Shown here in pieces: positions 9,569-21,096 of a DNA stretch of 64,000 bases. How positions within the stretch are numbered: position 1 is the first letter of the stretch; each line of letters begins with the position of its first letter. Under the pieces are notes generated by a model, which saw only the letters and a list, made by a program, of their open reading frames with translations, was not told the DNA's origin and searched no databases. Location: positions 128,001 to 192,000 of the forward strand of contig JBBRCZ010000002.1 in NCBI GenBank assembly GCA_038204425.1, read 5' to 3'. Source of the stretch: Spirochaetia bacterium (GTDB taxonomy: Bacteria > Spirochaetota > Spirochaetia > DSM-27196 > Salinispiraceae). The position numbers and the translations under genes are program-made.

Positions 9569-9949
9569 ATGGCACTTAGCAAAGAGGACATCCTCAACGC
9601 AATCGCTGGATTGACCGTGCTCGAAGTGAGCGAACTGGTCAAGATGTTGGAAGAAAAATTTGGGGTAACTGCTGCTGCGCCTGTTGCCGCCGCTGCTGCT
9701 GCTGCACCCGCTGCCGCTGCCGAAGCTGTTGAAGAACAGACCGAATTTACCGTAAAGATCGCCAGCGCTGGTGAAAAGAAGATCGATGTAATCAAGGCTG
9801 TACGTACAGTTGTTGCAGGTCTTGGTCTCAAAGAAGCAAAAGATTTGGTCGAAGCCAACGGCGTCGTCAAAGAAAACGTTTCCAAGGACGAAGCTGCCAA
9901 GATCAAAAAAGCTCTTGAAGATGCAGGCGCAAAAGTCGAAGTCAAGTAA
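9569..9949 (+). CDS. rplL: 50S ribosomal protein L7/L12
   Basis: EEKFGVTAA, Ala-rich hinge, EEQTEF and [12 protein letters not shown]. Confidence 0.98.
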   Translation: MALSKEDILNAIAGLTVLEVSELVKMLEEKFGVTAAAPVAAAAAAAPAAAAEAVEEQTEFTVKIASAGEKKIDVIKAVRTVVAGLGLKEAKDLVEANGVVKENVSKDEAAKIKKALEDAGAKVEVK

Positions 9950-9993
9950 TACGTGTTTTTGTATCGCGGCTCGGCAATCGAAAGATGATACTC

Positions 9994-10031
9994 ACCACAA
10001 GCCCGTGTTAGTTCACGGGCTTGTGGTTTTG
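9994..10031 (+). terminator. Terminator/attenuator between rplL and rpoB
   Basis: Perfect 14-bp stem ACCACAAGCCCGTG-ttagtt-CACGGGCTTGTGGT followed by TTT. Confidence 0.7.
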
Positions 10032-10108
10032 CAGTAACTTTCGTTATATTCAGATATTGTAATACACGGAAGTGATAATTTCGTGTCCTTTCATCCTCGG
10101 AGGGGTTA

Positions 10109-13100
10109 ATGTTCGACAGAAGTATAGTGGTCAATAGACAGGAAGTAGGGCGTGCCCCAAGGCAGGTCATGGATCTTCCAAATCTCGTAGATATCCAGCT
10201 GACCAGTTATGAGCGCTTTCTGCAGCGCGAACGTCTCGCTCAGGGACAGAAGCCTGATTTACAAGGTCTCGAAGAAGTATTTCGTACGATTTTCCCAATA
10301 GAAAGTCAAAATGGTGATATGCGTCTTGAATACGATCATTACACGCTCGACGAAGCCGGTATAAAGTTTACCGAGTTGGAGTGTAAGTCAAAAGGGCACA
10401 CCTTTGCCTTGCCCATTAAGGCAAGAATTCGTTTGGTTTTTAACGAAACTGGCGAAATAAGGCAGAAAGACATCTATATTGGCGATATTCCAATCATGAC
10501 TGAGCGCGGTACCTTTGTAGTCAATGGTGCTGAACGAGTTGTGGTATCGCAAATTCACCGTTCACCTGGTGTAATTTTTAGCCACGAAAAAGGCATTTAC
10601 TCCTCACGCATCATTCCGTACCGAGGAAGCTGGCTTGAGTTTGAGATCGATCAGAAAAAAGATTTGATTTATGCAAAAATAGACCGCAAAAAGCGAATTT
10701 TGGGAACTTATTTCCTACGAGCGCTTGGATATAACACACGCGAAGAAATTATAAAACTATTCTATAAAACAGCAAAACTAACCCTATCTAACGATCAGCT
10801 CGCCAAGGACAATGCCAATGGACTGGTTTTGGCAGAGCCCGTTTGGATAGGCGAGGGTGAAAGCCGCCGCAAGCTCTATCGAGCAGGTGAGAAGTTGCAT
10901 CCTCATTATATTGACGACATGATTCACTCTGGAGTAACGGTAGTTACCGTTGTAGAAGAAGACAATGAGTCGAGTCTGCATTCCGAAATCATCCTTAACT
11001 GTTTTGAACGCGAAGAAGCTAAATTTGTTAAAGAAGAAGGCAAGGACGAGCCGTCGCACGAAGACGCCTTGGTTCAGGTCTATCAGGTTCTCAATCCTGG
11101 CGAAATGATGAGTGTTGAGCAGGCTGAGAAGGACTTTAATTCTATGTTCTTTGCCTCACGTCGCTACGATCTTGGTCGTGTCGGTAGGTACAAACTCAAC
11201 AAGAAGTTTGACTATCCGGAGCCAATCGTAGAACACATTCTAACCAAAGAAGATATCGTAAATACCATGCGTTACCTGATAAAGGTATACATTGGCGAGG
11301 CCAATGTTGATGATATTGACCACCTTGGAAATCGTAGAATTAGGTCGGTTGGTGAGCTATTGGCCAATCAAATGAAGACAGCTTTTAGCCGTATGGAACG
11401 TATTGCCAAAGAGCGCATGAGTCTAAAAGAAACCGATACTATCAAGCCGCAAGACTTGGTTTCTATTAAGCCAGTAGTGGCAGCAATCAAAGAGTTCTTT
11501 GGTTCGTCACAACTTTCGCAGTTTATGGATCAGGTTAACCCGCTGTCAGAGATCACGCATAAGCGTCGTCTCAACGCACTTGGCCCGGGTGGTTTGTCAC
11601 GTGATCGTGCCGGATTTGAAGTGCGAGACGTTCATTACACGCACTATGGCCGCATGTGTCCGATTGAAACACCAGAAGGTCCAAATATTGGTTTGATCGT
11701 TTCTTTGGCTATTTATACCCAAGTAAATGACTACGGATTTTTGGAAACACCGTATAGAAAAGTAGTTAAAGGCCAAGTCTCAGACAATATTGAGTACTTG
11801 TCAGCTATGGACGAAGAAAAATACGTTATTGCACAGGCCTCGGCCGAACTCAATAGCGATGGAACTTTTGTTTCGGGCCAAGTCCCCGTGCGCCGAGCAG
11901 GTGACTACACAACGCGACCGCCTGTTGATATTCATTACATGGACGTTTCACCTAAGCAGATCATTTCCGTTTCTTCTGCATTAATTCCTTTCTTGGAGCA
12001 CGATGACGCCAACCGAGCCTTGATGGGTTCCAACATGCAACGTCAGGCTGTGCCTTTGGTATTCCCAGAGCCACCACGAGTCGGAACCGGTATGGAAGCC
12101 AAAACAGCCTATGATTCGGGTGTTTTGATTAAGTCGCGCCGTGCAGGCGTGGTTAGCAACGTAACTAGCAACGAAGTTAGAGTAAAACCAGATGACGCCT
12201 TGTCGGATACCGAAGTTGACGTTTATCCGTTGATCAAGTATCAGCGTACTAACCAAGACACTTGTTATTTGCAGAAGCCTGTGGTTAGCCTCGGTCAAAA
12301 CCTTGCAAAGGGTGATGTTATTGCTGACGGTCCTGCTACCTACAAAGGTGAGTTGGCCTTGGGACGCAATATTTTGGTAGGATTCGTTCCTTGGAACGGT
12401 TACAACTACGAAGATGCTATTCTAATCTCCGAGAAGATCGTAAAAGAAGATATTTTTACTTCGATTCACTTAAAGGAATTTGTTACAGAAGTGCGCGAAA
12501 CCAAGCTGGGACCAGAAAAGCTTACGCGCGATATTCCAAACTGTTCCGACAAGACCCTAGAACACTTGGACGAAGAGGGCATTATCCTGATTGGTTCCAA
12601 AGTGCTATCGGGAGCAATCTTAGTAGGTAAGGTAACGCCAAAAAGCGAGACAGAAACCACGCCTGAGTTTAAGCTGCTCAATTCAATTTTTGGCGAAAAA
12701 GCCAAAGAAGTTCGTGACACATCCTTGCGTATACCACATGGTATCGAAGGTACCGTTATCGACGTGCAACGCCTTAAGCGAAGCGAGGGCGACGACTTGT
12801 CTCCCGGAGTTGATGAAGTAGTTAAAGTTATTATTGCCACCAAACGAAAGCTTCAAGAAGGTGACAAGATGGCAGGTCGTCACGGAAACAAGGGTATTAT
12901 TGCTCGCGTTTTGCCCGAAGAAGACATGCCCTACATGGCCGACGGAACTCCTCTGGAACTGTGTCTCAATCCACTCGGTGTTCCATCGCGAATGAACATT
13001 GGGCAGCTTTTGGAAACCATGCTTGGTTGGGCTGCTCTCGGTAACGACGAATGGTATGCAACACCTGTTTTTGAATCTGCAACTGGTCAACAGATCGAAG

Positions 13101-13606
13101 ATCTTTTGCACAAGGCAGGCAGACCAGCAAGTTCTAAGATTAAGTTGTTCGACGGAAGAACCGGCGAACCTTTTGAAAATGACGTTATGGTCGGTGTAAT
13201 GTATATGCTTAAACTTCATCACCTTGTCGACGACAAGATGCATGCTCGTTCGACTGGACCTTATAGTCTTGTCACCCAGCAACCATTGGGTGGTAAGGCA
13301 CAGTTTGGTGGACAGCGTTTGGGAGAAATGGAAGTTTGGGCATTGGAAGCTTATGGTGCTGCCAATACACTGCAAGAACTCCTAACGATTAAATCCGATG
13401 ATATGAACGGTCGTGCCAAGATTTACGAAAGTATAGTCAAGGGTGAGCCGTCAACAGCAGCTGGCGTACCAGAGTCTTTTAATGTTTTGGTGCAAGAGTT
13501 GCGGGGACTTGGTTTGGATATGTCCATATATGACAGCAAAGGCAAGCAGATTCCACTCACCGAGCGTGACGAGGAACTGATTAACCGCCAAGGCACAAAC
13601 TTCTAA
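10109..13606 (+). CDS. rpoB: DNA-directed RNA polymerase beta subunit
   Basis: [23 protein letters not shown] and [13 protein letters not shown] motifs. Confidence 0.99.
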   Translation: MFDRSIVVNRQEVGRAPRQVMDLPNLVDIQLTSYERFLQRERLAQGQKPDLQGLEEVFRTIFPIESQNGDMRLEYDHYTLDEAGIKFTELECKSKGHTFALPIKARIRLVFNETGEIRQKDIYIGDIPIMTERGTFVVNGAERVVVSQIHRSPGVIFSHEKGIYSSRIIPYRGSWLEFEIDQKKDLIYAKIDRKKRILGTYFLRALGYNTREEIIKLFYKTAKLTLSNDQLAKDNANGLVLAEPVWIGEGESRRKLYRAGEKLHPHYIDDMIHSGVTVVTVVEEDNESSLHSEIILNCFEREEAKFVKEEGKDEPSHEDALVQVYQVLNPGEMMSVEQAEKDFNSMFFASRRYDLGRVGRYKLNKKFDYPEPIVEHILTKEDIVNTMRYLIKVYIGEANVDDIDHLGNRRIRSVGELLANQMKTAFSRMERIAKERMSLKETDTIKPQDLVSIKPVVAAIKEFFGSSQLSQFMDQVNPLSEITHKRRLNALGPGGLSRDRAGFEVRDVHYTHYGRMCPIETPEGPNIGLIVSLAIYTQVNDYGFLETPYRKVVKGQVSDNIEYLSAMDEEKYVIAQASAELNSDGTFVSGQVPVRRAGDYTTRPPVDIHYMDVSPKQIISVSSALIPFLEHDDANRALMGSNMQRQAVPLVFPEPPRVGTGMEAKTAYDSGVLIKSRRAGVVSNVTSNEVRVKPDDALSDTEVDVYPLIKYQRTNQDTCYLQKPVVSLGQNLAKGDVIADGPATYKGELALGRNILVGFVPWNGYNYEDAILISEKIVKEDIFTSIHLKEFVTEVRETKLGPEKLTRDIPNCSDKTLEHLDEEGIILIGSKVLSGAILVGKVTPKSETETTPEFKLLNSIFGEKAKEVRDTSLRIPHGIEGTVIDVQRLKRSEGDDLSPGVDEVVKVIIATKRKLQEGDKMAGRHGNKGIIARVLPEEDMPYMADGTPLELCLNPLGVPSRMNIGQLLETMLGWAALGNDEWYATPVFESATGQQIEDLLHKAGRPASSKIKLFDGRTGEPFENDVMVGVMYMLKLHHLVDDKMHARSTGPYSLVTQQPLGGKAQFGGQRLGEMEVWALEAYGAANTLQELLTIKSDDMNGRAKIYESIVKGEPSTAAGVPESFNVLVQELRGLGLDMSIYDSKGKQIPLTERDEELINRQGTNF

Positions 13607-13617
13607 CAGGAGGCACG

Positions 13618-16600
13618 ATGCGCGATATACAAGACTTTGACAGCATTATGATAAAGCTCGCCAGCCCAGAACAAATTCGTTCTTGGAGCTATGGCGAGGT
13701 CAAGAAACCCGAAACTATTAATTACCGTACACTCAGACCCGAGTTTGAGGGTCTGTTTTGTGAACGAATATTTGGTACTACCAAAGAGTGGGAGTGCTAC
13801 TGTGGTAAGTTTAAGTCCATACGTTATAAGGGCGTAATTTGCGATCGCTGTGGCGTCGAAGTAACCCACTTTAAGGTTCGTCGTGAACGTATGGGCCACA
13901 TTGAGCTCGCAAGTCCAGTCTCTCACATTTGGTACTACCGATCTGTTCCAAGTCGCATGGGACTGTTGTTGGACCTTTCGATTGCAGCATTACGCAGTAT
14001 CCTCTATTACGAAAAATATATCGTCATAGACGCTGGCGACTCTGACCTCAAAAAGATGCAACTGCTGAGTGAGGAAGAGTTTATTGATGCCAAAGAACGC
14101 TATGGCATGTCTTTTACGGCCGGTATTGGTGCCGAAGCAATCAGAAATCTCTTGCAAAACATGGATTTGGACGAACTTTCTGCCAGCTTGCGTGCCCACA
14201 TGATAGAAAAAGGCGTCAAGTCAGACAAGCGCTTACTCAAGCGTATTGAAATTGTAGAAAACTTCCGTGACTCAAAGAACAAACCTGAGTGGATGATACT
14301 TGATGTTATTCCTGTAATCCCTCCAGAACTTAGACCTATGGTTCAGCTCGATGGTGGCCGATTTGCAACTTCCGACCTTAACGATCTCTATCGCCGCGTA
14401 ATTAACCGAAACAATCGTCTTAAACGACTAATGAATCTCAATGCTCCTGACATCATTATCCGCAACGAAAAACGCATGCTTCAGGAAGCAGTTGACGCAC
14501 TTTTTGACAACAGCAAGAAGAAGCGGGTTGTTAAGGGTGCCTCCAACAGACCACTTAAATCACTTTCGGATATGCTCAAGGGCAAGCAAGGCCGGTTCCG
14601 CCAGAACTTGCTTGGCAAGCGCGTTGACTATTCGGGCCGTTCGGTTATTGTGGTTGGACCAGAGCTTAAGCTTCATCAATGTGGCCTACCAACCAAGATG
14701 GCATTGGAGCTTTTTAAACCTTTTATTATGAAGAAGTTGGTCGAACGCCAAGTTGTTTACAACATTAAAAAGGCTAAGACATTAGTGGAACAAGAAACAG
14801 CCGAAGTTTTTGCCGTCTTGGACGACGTTGTGCGCGAACATCCTGTAATGCTCAACAGAGCGCCAACCTTGCACCGCTTGGGTATCCAAGCATTTGAACC
14901 GGTTTTGGTGGGTGGTAAGGCAATTAAGCTCCATCCGTTGGTCTGTCATGCATATAACGCTGACTTTGACGGTGACCAAATGGCTGTCCACGTGCCTCTT
15001 ACTCAGGCAGCGCAGATCGAATGTTGGACACTTATGCTCTCTAGCCGTAACTTGCTTAACCCCGCCAACGGCAAACCGGTAGTTTTTCCTTCTCAGGACA
15101 TGGTTTTAGGTATCAACTATCTAACCAGACATAGAGAAAAAACAAAGGGTGAGGGACGCTACTATTCTGGCCTTGATGAGGTAATGTACGCAATTCAGGC
15201 CAGAAGTCTTGACTATCAAGCCGTCATCAAAGTTCGTATTACCAATGACCGAATAGAAACCAAACCTGGCCACATAATTGACAACGATGGCAAATACCAA
15301 GAAACAACGGCCGGACGCTTGATCTTAAACGATACCTTGCCTCCGGAAGTAGGTTACGTCAATTATGCTATGGGTGACAAAGAGTTGCGCGCGCTTATTT
15401 CTCGCGTTTATGCGAAAGAGCGAGCCCACATAACGGTACTCATGCTCGACGCCATTAAAAACATGGGTTACCGCTATGCAACCATTTTTGGTGCAACAAT
15501 AGGTATAGAAGACATCAAGATTCCTGGTGAAAAAGTTGAGATGATTAGCAAGGCCAACGCTGACGTCGAAGGCATTCAAAAGCAGTATTTGCAAGGTCAT
15601 ATTACCACAGAAGAACGTTATAACCGCGTAGTTGAAGTATGGTCAAAAACCAACGAAGACCTGACTAACGTGATGATGAAGAAGCTTCAAGACGACAAGG
15701 GTGGTTTTAACCCGGTTTACATGATGGCTAACTCTGGCGCCCGCGGTAGCCGAAGCCAGATCCGTCAGTTGGCAGGTATGCGCGGTTTGATGGCCAAGCC
15801 CAGTGGCGACATTATTGAGCTGCCAATTAGATCTAACTTTAAAGAAGGTCTGTCGGTAATTGAGTTCTTTATTTCTACCAACGGTGCTCGTAAGGGCCTG
15901 GCCGATACGGCTCTTAAAACTGCTGACGCTGGTTACCTAACTAGGCGTCTGGTTGATATTGCGCAGGACGTTGTAGTTAATGAAGAAGACTGCGGTACCA
16001 TTAACGGTATTGAATATGCTGCCCTCAAAGACGGCGAAGAAGTAGTTGAACCATTGACCGAGCGAATTATTGGTCGTTACACCATTGAACCAGTCAAGAA
16101 TCCAATTTCTGGAGAACTGATTGTCGATATCAACGAAGAAATTACCGAAGAAAAGGCACAGTCAATTGAAGAAGCAGGCATTGAAAAGGTTCGTATTCGT
16201 ACCGTTTTGACCTGTGAATCCAAGTATGGCGTTTGTCAAAAATGTTATGGACGCAACCTTGCAACCAATAGAACAGTAAATATCGGAGAAGCGGTTGGTA
16301 TTATTGCCGCACAGTCAATTGGACAGCCAGGTACACAACTTACCATGCGTACCTTCCATATTGGTGGTGCAGCAACCAAGAGTGCCGAAGAAAACCGTAC
16401 CTATCTCAAATATCCTGTTATTGTTAAGAGCTTGCCAGAGAACATTATGGTTGAACGTGACGGTGGTTTGGTCTTTACGCGAAAAGGTTATTTATCAGTT
16501 AGTCGAATCTTGGAGGCCATTGAGATTGGTGCCAAGGATAAGCTTCTGATTCAGGACAACGACCGAATTCTTAAAGGACAGCCAATCTACACCCATAATG

Positions 16601-17910
16601 GTGAAGAAGTTATAGCCCGTGAAAATGCTTTTGCGATTATTCATCCTGACAAAAAACTCTATCTGGTTGGACAAGATCAGCGTGTAGAAATCAGAAACGG
16701 TGCCGAACTAAAAGTCGCTCTTGGTCAGGTAGTACCTGCCGATGATTCTCTGGCGATTTTTGACCCTTTTAGTGAGCCAATTCTGGCAGAGCGTTCTGGT
16801 TTTATTCACTTTGAGCAAATTGACCTCAAGACTACTCTGCGCGAAGAAGTTAACGAAGATACCGGCAACATCGAAAAGAAGATTGCAGACTCCAATATTG
16901 AGCAGTATCAGCCACGTATCATTATCAGAGACAAGGACGGCAAAGATCTCGCCTCGTACTTCTTGCCTGGTGGCGCTTACTTGTCAGTAGAAGATGGAGA
17001 GGAAATTAAAGCTGGTTCACCATTGGCTAAGATTCTTAAAGAGTCGGTTAAGACTCGTGACATCACCGGTGGTCTACCCCGTGTTGGAGAGCTTTTTGAG
17101 GCTCGTCGACCAAAGATGGCAACGGTACTTTCTGCGGTTAGTGGCAAGGTTCACTTTAAGGGTATTGCTAAGTCAAAGCGTATTCTAGAAGTAGAAGATG
17201 ACTTTGGCGGTTTGCATAAGCACTTAATATCCATGAGCAGACATCTTTTGGTGCGTGATGGTGACAGTGTTGATGCTGGCGAACCACTCTGCGATGGAGC
17301 CAAAGACCCACATGACGTTTTGCAAATTGCTGGTGAAAATGCACTGCAAGCCTTCCTGGTAAACGAAGTTCAGGAAGTTTACCGCCTCCAAGGTGTAGAA
17401 ATTAACGATAAGCACATCGGCGTTATTATTCGTCAAATGATGCGTAAGGTTGAAATTATCCAAGTTGGAGACACCAACTTTATATTTGGTCAACAGATCG
17501 ACAAGTATCGTTTTATGGAAGAAAATCGACGAGTTGTCAAAGAAGGTGGTCAACCTGCTATCGGTCGTCCACTCTTGCTTGGTATCACTCGCGCCAGCTT
17601 AAATATTGACAGCTTTATCTCCGCAGCTTCCTTCCAAGAAACAACCCGTGTGCTTACCAACGCCGCTATCGCAGGTAGCGTCGACAATCTACGTGGTTTG
17701 AAAGAAAACGTCATCATTGGTCACTTGATACCGGCTGGAACAGGCATGAAGGCCTGTCGCACCGTCAAGCTCTATGATGATACTACTGAGGATCTTGATG
17801 CTCATGTACAACAAATCGTAGAACAACGTCAGAGAGAGCGCAAAGCAGAACCCGCAATGCAAATTGACGAGAACGATTACGAAGATTATGAATCGGATGG
17901 CGTTCGCTGA
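13618..17910 (+). CDS. rpoC: DNA-directed RNA polymerase beta' subunit
   Basis: NADFDGDQM active site, zinc-finger cysteines and QLTMRTFH trigger loop. Confidence 0.99.
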   Translation: MRDIQDFDSIMIKLASPEQIRSWSYGEVKKPETINYRTLRPEFEGLFCERIFGTTKEWECYCGKFKSIRYKGVICDRCGVEVTHFKVRRERMGHIELASPVSHIWYYRSVPSRMGLLLDLSIAALRSILYYEKYIVIDAGDSDLKKMQLLSEEEFIDAKERYGMSFTAGIGAEAIRNLLQNMDLDELSASLRAHMIEKGVKSDKRLLKRIEIVENFRDSKNKPEWMILDVIPVIPPELRPMVQLDGGRFATSDLNDLYRRVINRNNRLKRLMNLNAPDIIIRNEKRMLQEAVDALFDNSKKKRVVKGASNRPLKSLSDMLKGKQGRFRQNLLGKRVDYSGRSVIVVGPELKLHQCGLPTKMALELFKPFIMKKLVERQVVYNIKKAKTLVEQETAEVFAVLDDVVREHPVMLNRAPTLHRLGIQAFEPVLVGGKAIKLHPLVCHAYNADFDGDQMAVHVPLTQAAQIECWTLMLSSRNLLNPANGKPVVFPSQDMVLGINYLTRHREKTKGEGRYYSGLDEVMYAIQARSLDYQAVIKVRITNDRIETKPGHIIDNDGKYQETTAGRLILNDTLPPEVGYVNYAMGDKELRALISRVYAKERAHITVLMLDAIKNMGYRYATIFGATIGIEDIKIPGEKVEMISKANADVEGIQKQYLQGHITTEERYNRVVEVWSKTNEDLTNVMMKKLQDDKGGFNPVYMMANSGARGSRSQIRQLAGMRGLMAKPSGDIIELPIRSNFKEGLSVIEFFISTNGARKGLADTALKTADAGYLTRRLVDIAQDVVVNEEDCGTINGIEYAALKDGEEVVEPLTERIIGRYTIEPVKNPISGELIVDINEEITEEKAQSIEEAGIEKVRIRTVLTCESKYGVCQKCYGRNLATNRTVNIGEAVGIIAAQSIGQPGTQLTMRTFHIGGAATKSAEENRTYLKYPVIVKSLPENIMVERDGGLVFTRKGYLSVSRILEAIEIGAKDKLLIQDNDRILKGQPIYTHNGEEVIARENAFAIIHPDKKLYLVGQDQRVEIRNGAELKVALGQVVPADDSLAIFDPFSEPILAERSGFIHFEQIDLKTTLREEVNEDTGNIEKKIADSNIEQYQPRIIIRDKDGKDLASYFLPGGAYLSVEDGEEIKAGSPLAKILKESVKTRDITGGLPRVGELFEARRPKMATVLSAVSGKVHFKGIAKSKRILEVEDDFGGLHKHLISMSRHLLVRDGDSVDAGEPLCDGAKDPHDVLQIAGENALQAFLVNEVQEVYRLQGVEINDKHIGVIIRQMMRKVEIIQVGDTNFIFGQQIDKYRFMEENRRVVKEGGQPAIGRPLLLGITRASLNIDSFISAASFQETTRVLTNAAIAGSVDNLRGLKENVIIGHLIPAGTGMKACRTVKLYDDTTEDLDAHVQQIVEQRQRERKAEPAMQIDENDYEDYESDGVR

Positions 17911-17950
17911 TCGCCTACTTCCTGACAGCGCCGTATCATCCGATGCGGCG

Positions 17951-17980
17951 TTGACATGGAATGGACACCCGCTATATACT
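17951..17980 (+). promoter_or_regulatory. Sigma70-type promoter of rpsL-rpsG
   Basis: TTGACA-N18-TATACT, directly after a hairpin (17929-17950) downstream of rpoC. Confidence 0.7.
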
Positions 17981-18112
17981 TGGGTTTCTATCGGGAACAA
18001 CGTGCTGACTTTCTGAAAACTCCTCGGCGGTATGCCGGAGACGGAAAGGTTTTGTTACTGAGCCACCAAGAACCGCTTTTGCGGACTTATAAATTATAGG
18101 AGTCACTGGTAA

Positions 18113-18490
18113 ATGCCTACAATTAACCAGCTTATCCGACTTGGACGGAAGCGCACCGAAAATAAGACGAAATCTCCCGCCCTTCGTGGATGCCCTCAAC
18201 AACGTGGAGTTTGTACTCGCGTTATGACTGTAACACCAAAAAAACCTAACTCAGCTTTGAGAAAGGTAGCTCGTGTTCGCCTCGCTGCCAGTGGTATTGA
18301 AGTGACTGCCTACATCCCAGGTGTTGGCCATAATCTTCAGGAACACTCGGTGGTACTTATTCGCGGTGGTCGTGTAAAGGACCTTCCCGGTGTTCGTTAC
18401 CACATTGTTCGTGGTGCCAAGGATACCTTAGGTGTCGCAGACCGACGCAAGTCACGCTCCAAGTACGGAGCAAAACGGCCAAAGGCCTAA
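18113..18490 (+). CDS. rpsL: 30S ribosomal protein S12
   Basis: [18 protein letters not shown] and [12 protein letters not shown]. Confidence 0.99.
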   Translation: MPTINQLIRLGRKRTENKTKSPALRGCPQQRGVCTRVMTVTPKKPNSALRKVARVRLAASGIEVTAYIPGVGHNLQEHSVVLIRGGRVKDLPGVRYHIVRGAKDTLGVADRRKSRSKYGAKRPKA

Positions 18491-18526
18491 AGTCCGTCTC
18501 GGAAGAAAGACTTAGAGGAAACGTAA

Positions 18527-18997
18527 ATGCCCAGAAGAAGAGTACCGACCCGCAAAGAAATATTACCCGATGCACGTTTTAATAGCGTGCTGGTTGCAAA
18601 ATTTATCAGTCGTATGATGCTTGATGGCAAGCGTACTACCTCAGCAGGCATTCTTTATGAAGCCCTTGAGGGAGTAGAAAAGAAGATTGATACTTCGGTT
18701 CTTGACGCTTTTGTCAAAGCCGTTGAAAATGTAAAGCCCTTGGTTGAAGTTAAGAGTCGCCGCGTTGGTGGTTCTACCTACCAAGTGCCTGTTGAGATTC
18801 GTGACAGCCGTAGAGAGGCTCTTTCTATGAGATGGTTGATCCAAGCTGCACGTAAGCGCTCAGGCAAGTCTATGGCAGCAAAGCTGTCTTTGGAAATCTA
18901 TGACGCCTTCAATAACACTGGAACAGCGTTTAAGAAAAAAGAAGATACTCACCGCATGGCTGAGGCTAACAAGGCTTTTGCACACTACCGCTGGTAG
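18527..18997 (+). CDS. rpsG: 30S ribosomal protein S7
   Basis: [12 protein letters not shown] and [15 protein letters not shown]. Confidence 0.99.
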   Translation: MPRRRVPTRKEILPDARFNSVLVAKFISRMMLDGKRTTSAGILYEALEGVEKKIDTSVLDAFVKAVENVKPLVEVKSRRVGGSTYQVPVEIRDSRREALSMRWLIQAARKRSGKSMAAKLSLEIYDAFNNTGTAFKKKEDTHRMAEANKAFAHYRW

Positions 18998-19007
18998 TAA
19001 CCAAATA

Positions 19008-19048
19008 GAAATAAAAAAAGCTGCCCTTGAGGCAGCTTTTTTTATTTC
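19008..19048. terminator. Bidirectional intrinsic terminator (rpsG / acyl-CoA synthetase)
   Basis: 18-bp perfect inverted repeat GAAATAAAAAAAGCTGCC-cttga-GGCAGCTTTTTTTATTTC between convergent genes. Confidence 0.9.
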
Positions 19049-20975
19049 ATTGCTTCTTAGCTAGTAGTTCTTCTAAGCAGGCTTTGTTTTTTTGGTTAGT
19101 CGGACGTCTTCCTAGTCCATCATATTGATAGTCGATCAGGTCTTGATAGACCTTTAGAATTCCGTGTCGAACCATTTTAAGTGTAGAATTTATCATTCCC
19201 TCGGCCTCACTAAACGGTCGTGGAACAATGGCGAAAGTTACTGGACGCCACTGAGAAGGAAAGAGCTCTCGGTAGCTTGAGTCTTGATTGTACAGGCTAA
19301 ATTCTTTGATTATGAGCTCGAGTGCCGTCTCGGCATTTATGTCTTTGCTTTGGTCGGTGAGTTTTTCCACTATGGCTTCGATATCGACAGAAATCAGTGC
19401 GCTGGTATAGCGCTTGTGGTCACAGTAGAGCATACATTGGCTAATACAAGAACTTGTAGAAACCATTGCGTCTTCTATCTCTTCTGGACTATATTTTTCT
19501 CCATCTTCAAAGATGAGTAGCGCTTTTTCTCGACCTGAGACATGCAAAAAACCATCTTGGTCTACAAATCCAAGATCACCGGTATAGAGCCAATCGTCTC
19601 GGAGTGCCTGCTCAGTGGCTTGCTGATTGTAGAGGTAACCTTGCATTATGTTTTTGCCTCTCAAGCAAACCTGACCTTTTTTGCCTCTCTCAAGTATTTC
19701 TCCGGCATCGTTGCGAATCACACATTCAATTCCTGGCAGAATCATGCCCGAGGTTCCTAATTTATGCGCCCGGTGATTGTTGGTAGAAACCACAGGTGCA
19801 GCTTCGGTTAAGCCGTAGCCTTGGTAAACGGGTATCCCGATGGCCTTAAAAAACTCTTGTTGCTTTATGTCCAAGTGGGCGCCACCGCTTATACAAAAGC
19901 TAAGGTCTCCGCCAAAAATCGCGCGTACTTTTTTAAACACTAAGAGCTCAGCGATAGCAGCAGGAAACCAAGGCATAATTCTTTTGTACCAGATGGTTTT
20001 CTTAAAAACTGAGGCGTTCATGCGCACGCGAGCATCAATGCCGGCCCTAAAAAGCTTTAGCGCAAAGTTGCCTTTCTCTTTGACCCCGGCAACGATTCTG
20101 TTCATAAAATTGGCTGTTAGGGCCGGTACGGTTAACATCAGTTGAGGTTTGACTTCTTTCATGTTTATAGGAATATTGCGTAATAAACCCATCGCTCCGT
20201 TACGGGCGTCTACAAAACTTAACGAAAAATTTTTAATCAGGGCTGCATAGAGTGCTATGGTGTGTGCATAGGCATGATCAATCGGAAGAATTACAAACAT
20301 TCGAAGTCCACTACGAAGTGGAAAACCAGCAAGGCTAAAGTGCACGTCGTGAAAGTAATTTGCGTGGCTCAGCATAATGCCTTTTGGATTGCCCGTAGTG
20401 CCCGAGGTGTAGCTGACCGTCGCTGTATCACTTGGCTTTACCATGTCTGCGTAGCCCAGCACCGTGTTTATAGCTTCCGCAGAACTAAGAATTTCAAGAC
20501 CGTTTCTGAGCAGTTGATCGTAGCAATAGACACGTTCATACGATGCTTTCAGTTTTTCGAAGCCTTCATTTATTGGGTCTAGGTAAACGACAATCAAAGT
20601 TTTGCTCAGTTTGGCGGCGCTATGAATAACTTTATCAGCCGTTATCGCCGTACAAAAGACTATCTGCGCTTTTGAGTGTTGAAGCCTAAATGAGATTTCC
20701 TCGGCGCTCAGTTTAATTGACAAAGGAACAGAGAACTGGTGGCACAAGAACAACGCATTTTCGGCGATAACCCAAGCCGGCTTCCCTTCACTAACAATTG
20801 CTCCTGGGCCTTGCAGTCCGATGCTTCTGAGTGCAGCCGCAAGTTGCCGAACATGTGCTCTGGTCTGGCGATAACTTAAAGCTGTCCAACCATTGTCAAG
20901 TTTTTCTCGTAAATATGGTGCGTCTCCAAAATGTTGACAGGCGAAATCTAGCATTGCTGGGATTGTTTCGTTCAT
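19047..20975 (-). CDS. Long-chain fatty acid-CoA ligase (AMP-binding enzyme)
   Basis: YTSGTTGNPKG, QGYGLTE and YTGDLG motifs. ATG 20975 is preferred as start; the ORF extends to 21017. Confidence 0.92.
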   Translation of the reverse strand: MNETIPAMLDFACQHFGDAPYLREKLDNGWTALSYRQTRAHVRQLAAALRSIGLQGPGAIVSEGKPAWVIAENALFLCHQFSVPLSIKLSAEEISFRLQHSKAQIVFCTAITADKVIHSAAKLSKTLIVVYLDPINEGFEKLKASYERVYCYDQLLRNGLEILSSAEAINTVLGYADMVKPSDTATVSYTSGTTGNPKGIMLSHANYFHDVHFSLAGFPLRSGLRMFVILPIDHAYAHTIALYAALIKNFSLSFVDARNGAMGLLRNIPINMKEVKPQLMLTVPALTANFMNRIVAGVKEKGNFALKLFRAGIDARVRMNASVFKKTIWYKRIMPWFPAAIAELLVFKKVRAIFGGDLSFCISGGAHLDIKQQEFFKAIGIPVYQGYGLTEAAPVVSTNNHRAHKLGTSGMILPGIECVIRNDAGEILERGKKGQVCLRGKNIMQGYLYNQQATEQALRDDWLYTGDLGFVDQDGFLHVSGREKALLIFEDGEKYSPEEIEDAMVSTSSCISQCMLYCDHKRYTSALISVDIEAIVEKLTDQSKDINAETALELIIKEFSLYNQDSSYRELFPSQWRPVTFAIVPRPFSEAEGMINSTLKMVRHGILKVYQDLIDYQYDGLGRRPTNQKNKACLEELLAKKQ

Positions 20976-21096
20976 TAGTTTAGTATAGGCCGAGTTTCCT
21001 GCCTTGAGAACCCTCAACTTTTGTTGTTTTCACAATCTGCTTAGTAGGGGGCCGGCCGGCTTGTCTATTTTTTTTGGCTGCGTTAGTCTGCAAACT

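Noticed and set aside
9669..9728. GCT/GCC tandem repeat
   Set aside because: It encodes the normal Ala-rich hinge of L7/L12.
16370..17060. Large insertion in the RpoC trigger loop
   Set aside because: This is a known lineage-specific insertion site (Si3/beta' i6-like), expected here.
9547..17553. Long antisense ORFs over rplL, rpoB and rpoC (e.g. 9547-10170, 12683-13375)
   Set aside because: They mirror highly conserved, codon-biased genes and show no recognisable motifs.
18998..19048. Absence of fusA/tuf after rpsG
   Set aside because: From memory, the split str operon is the usual state in Treponema and Borrelia, so it is not unusual.
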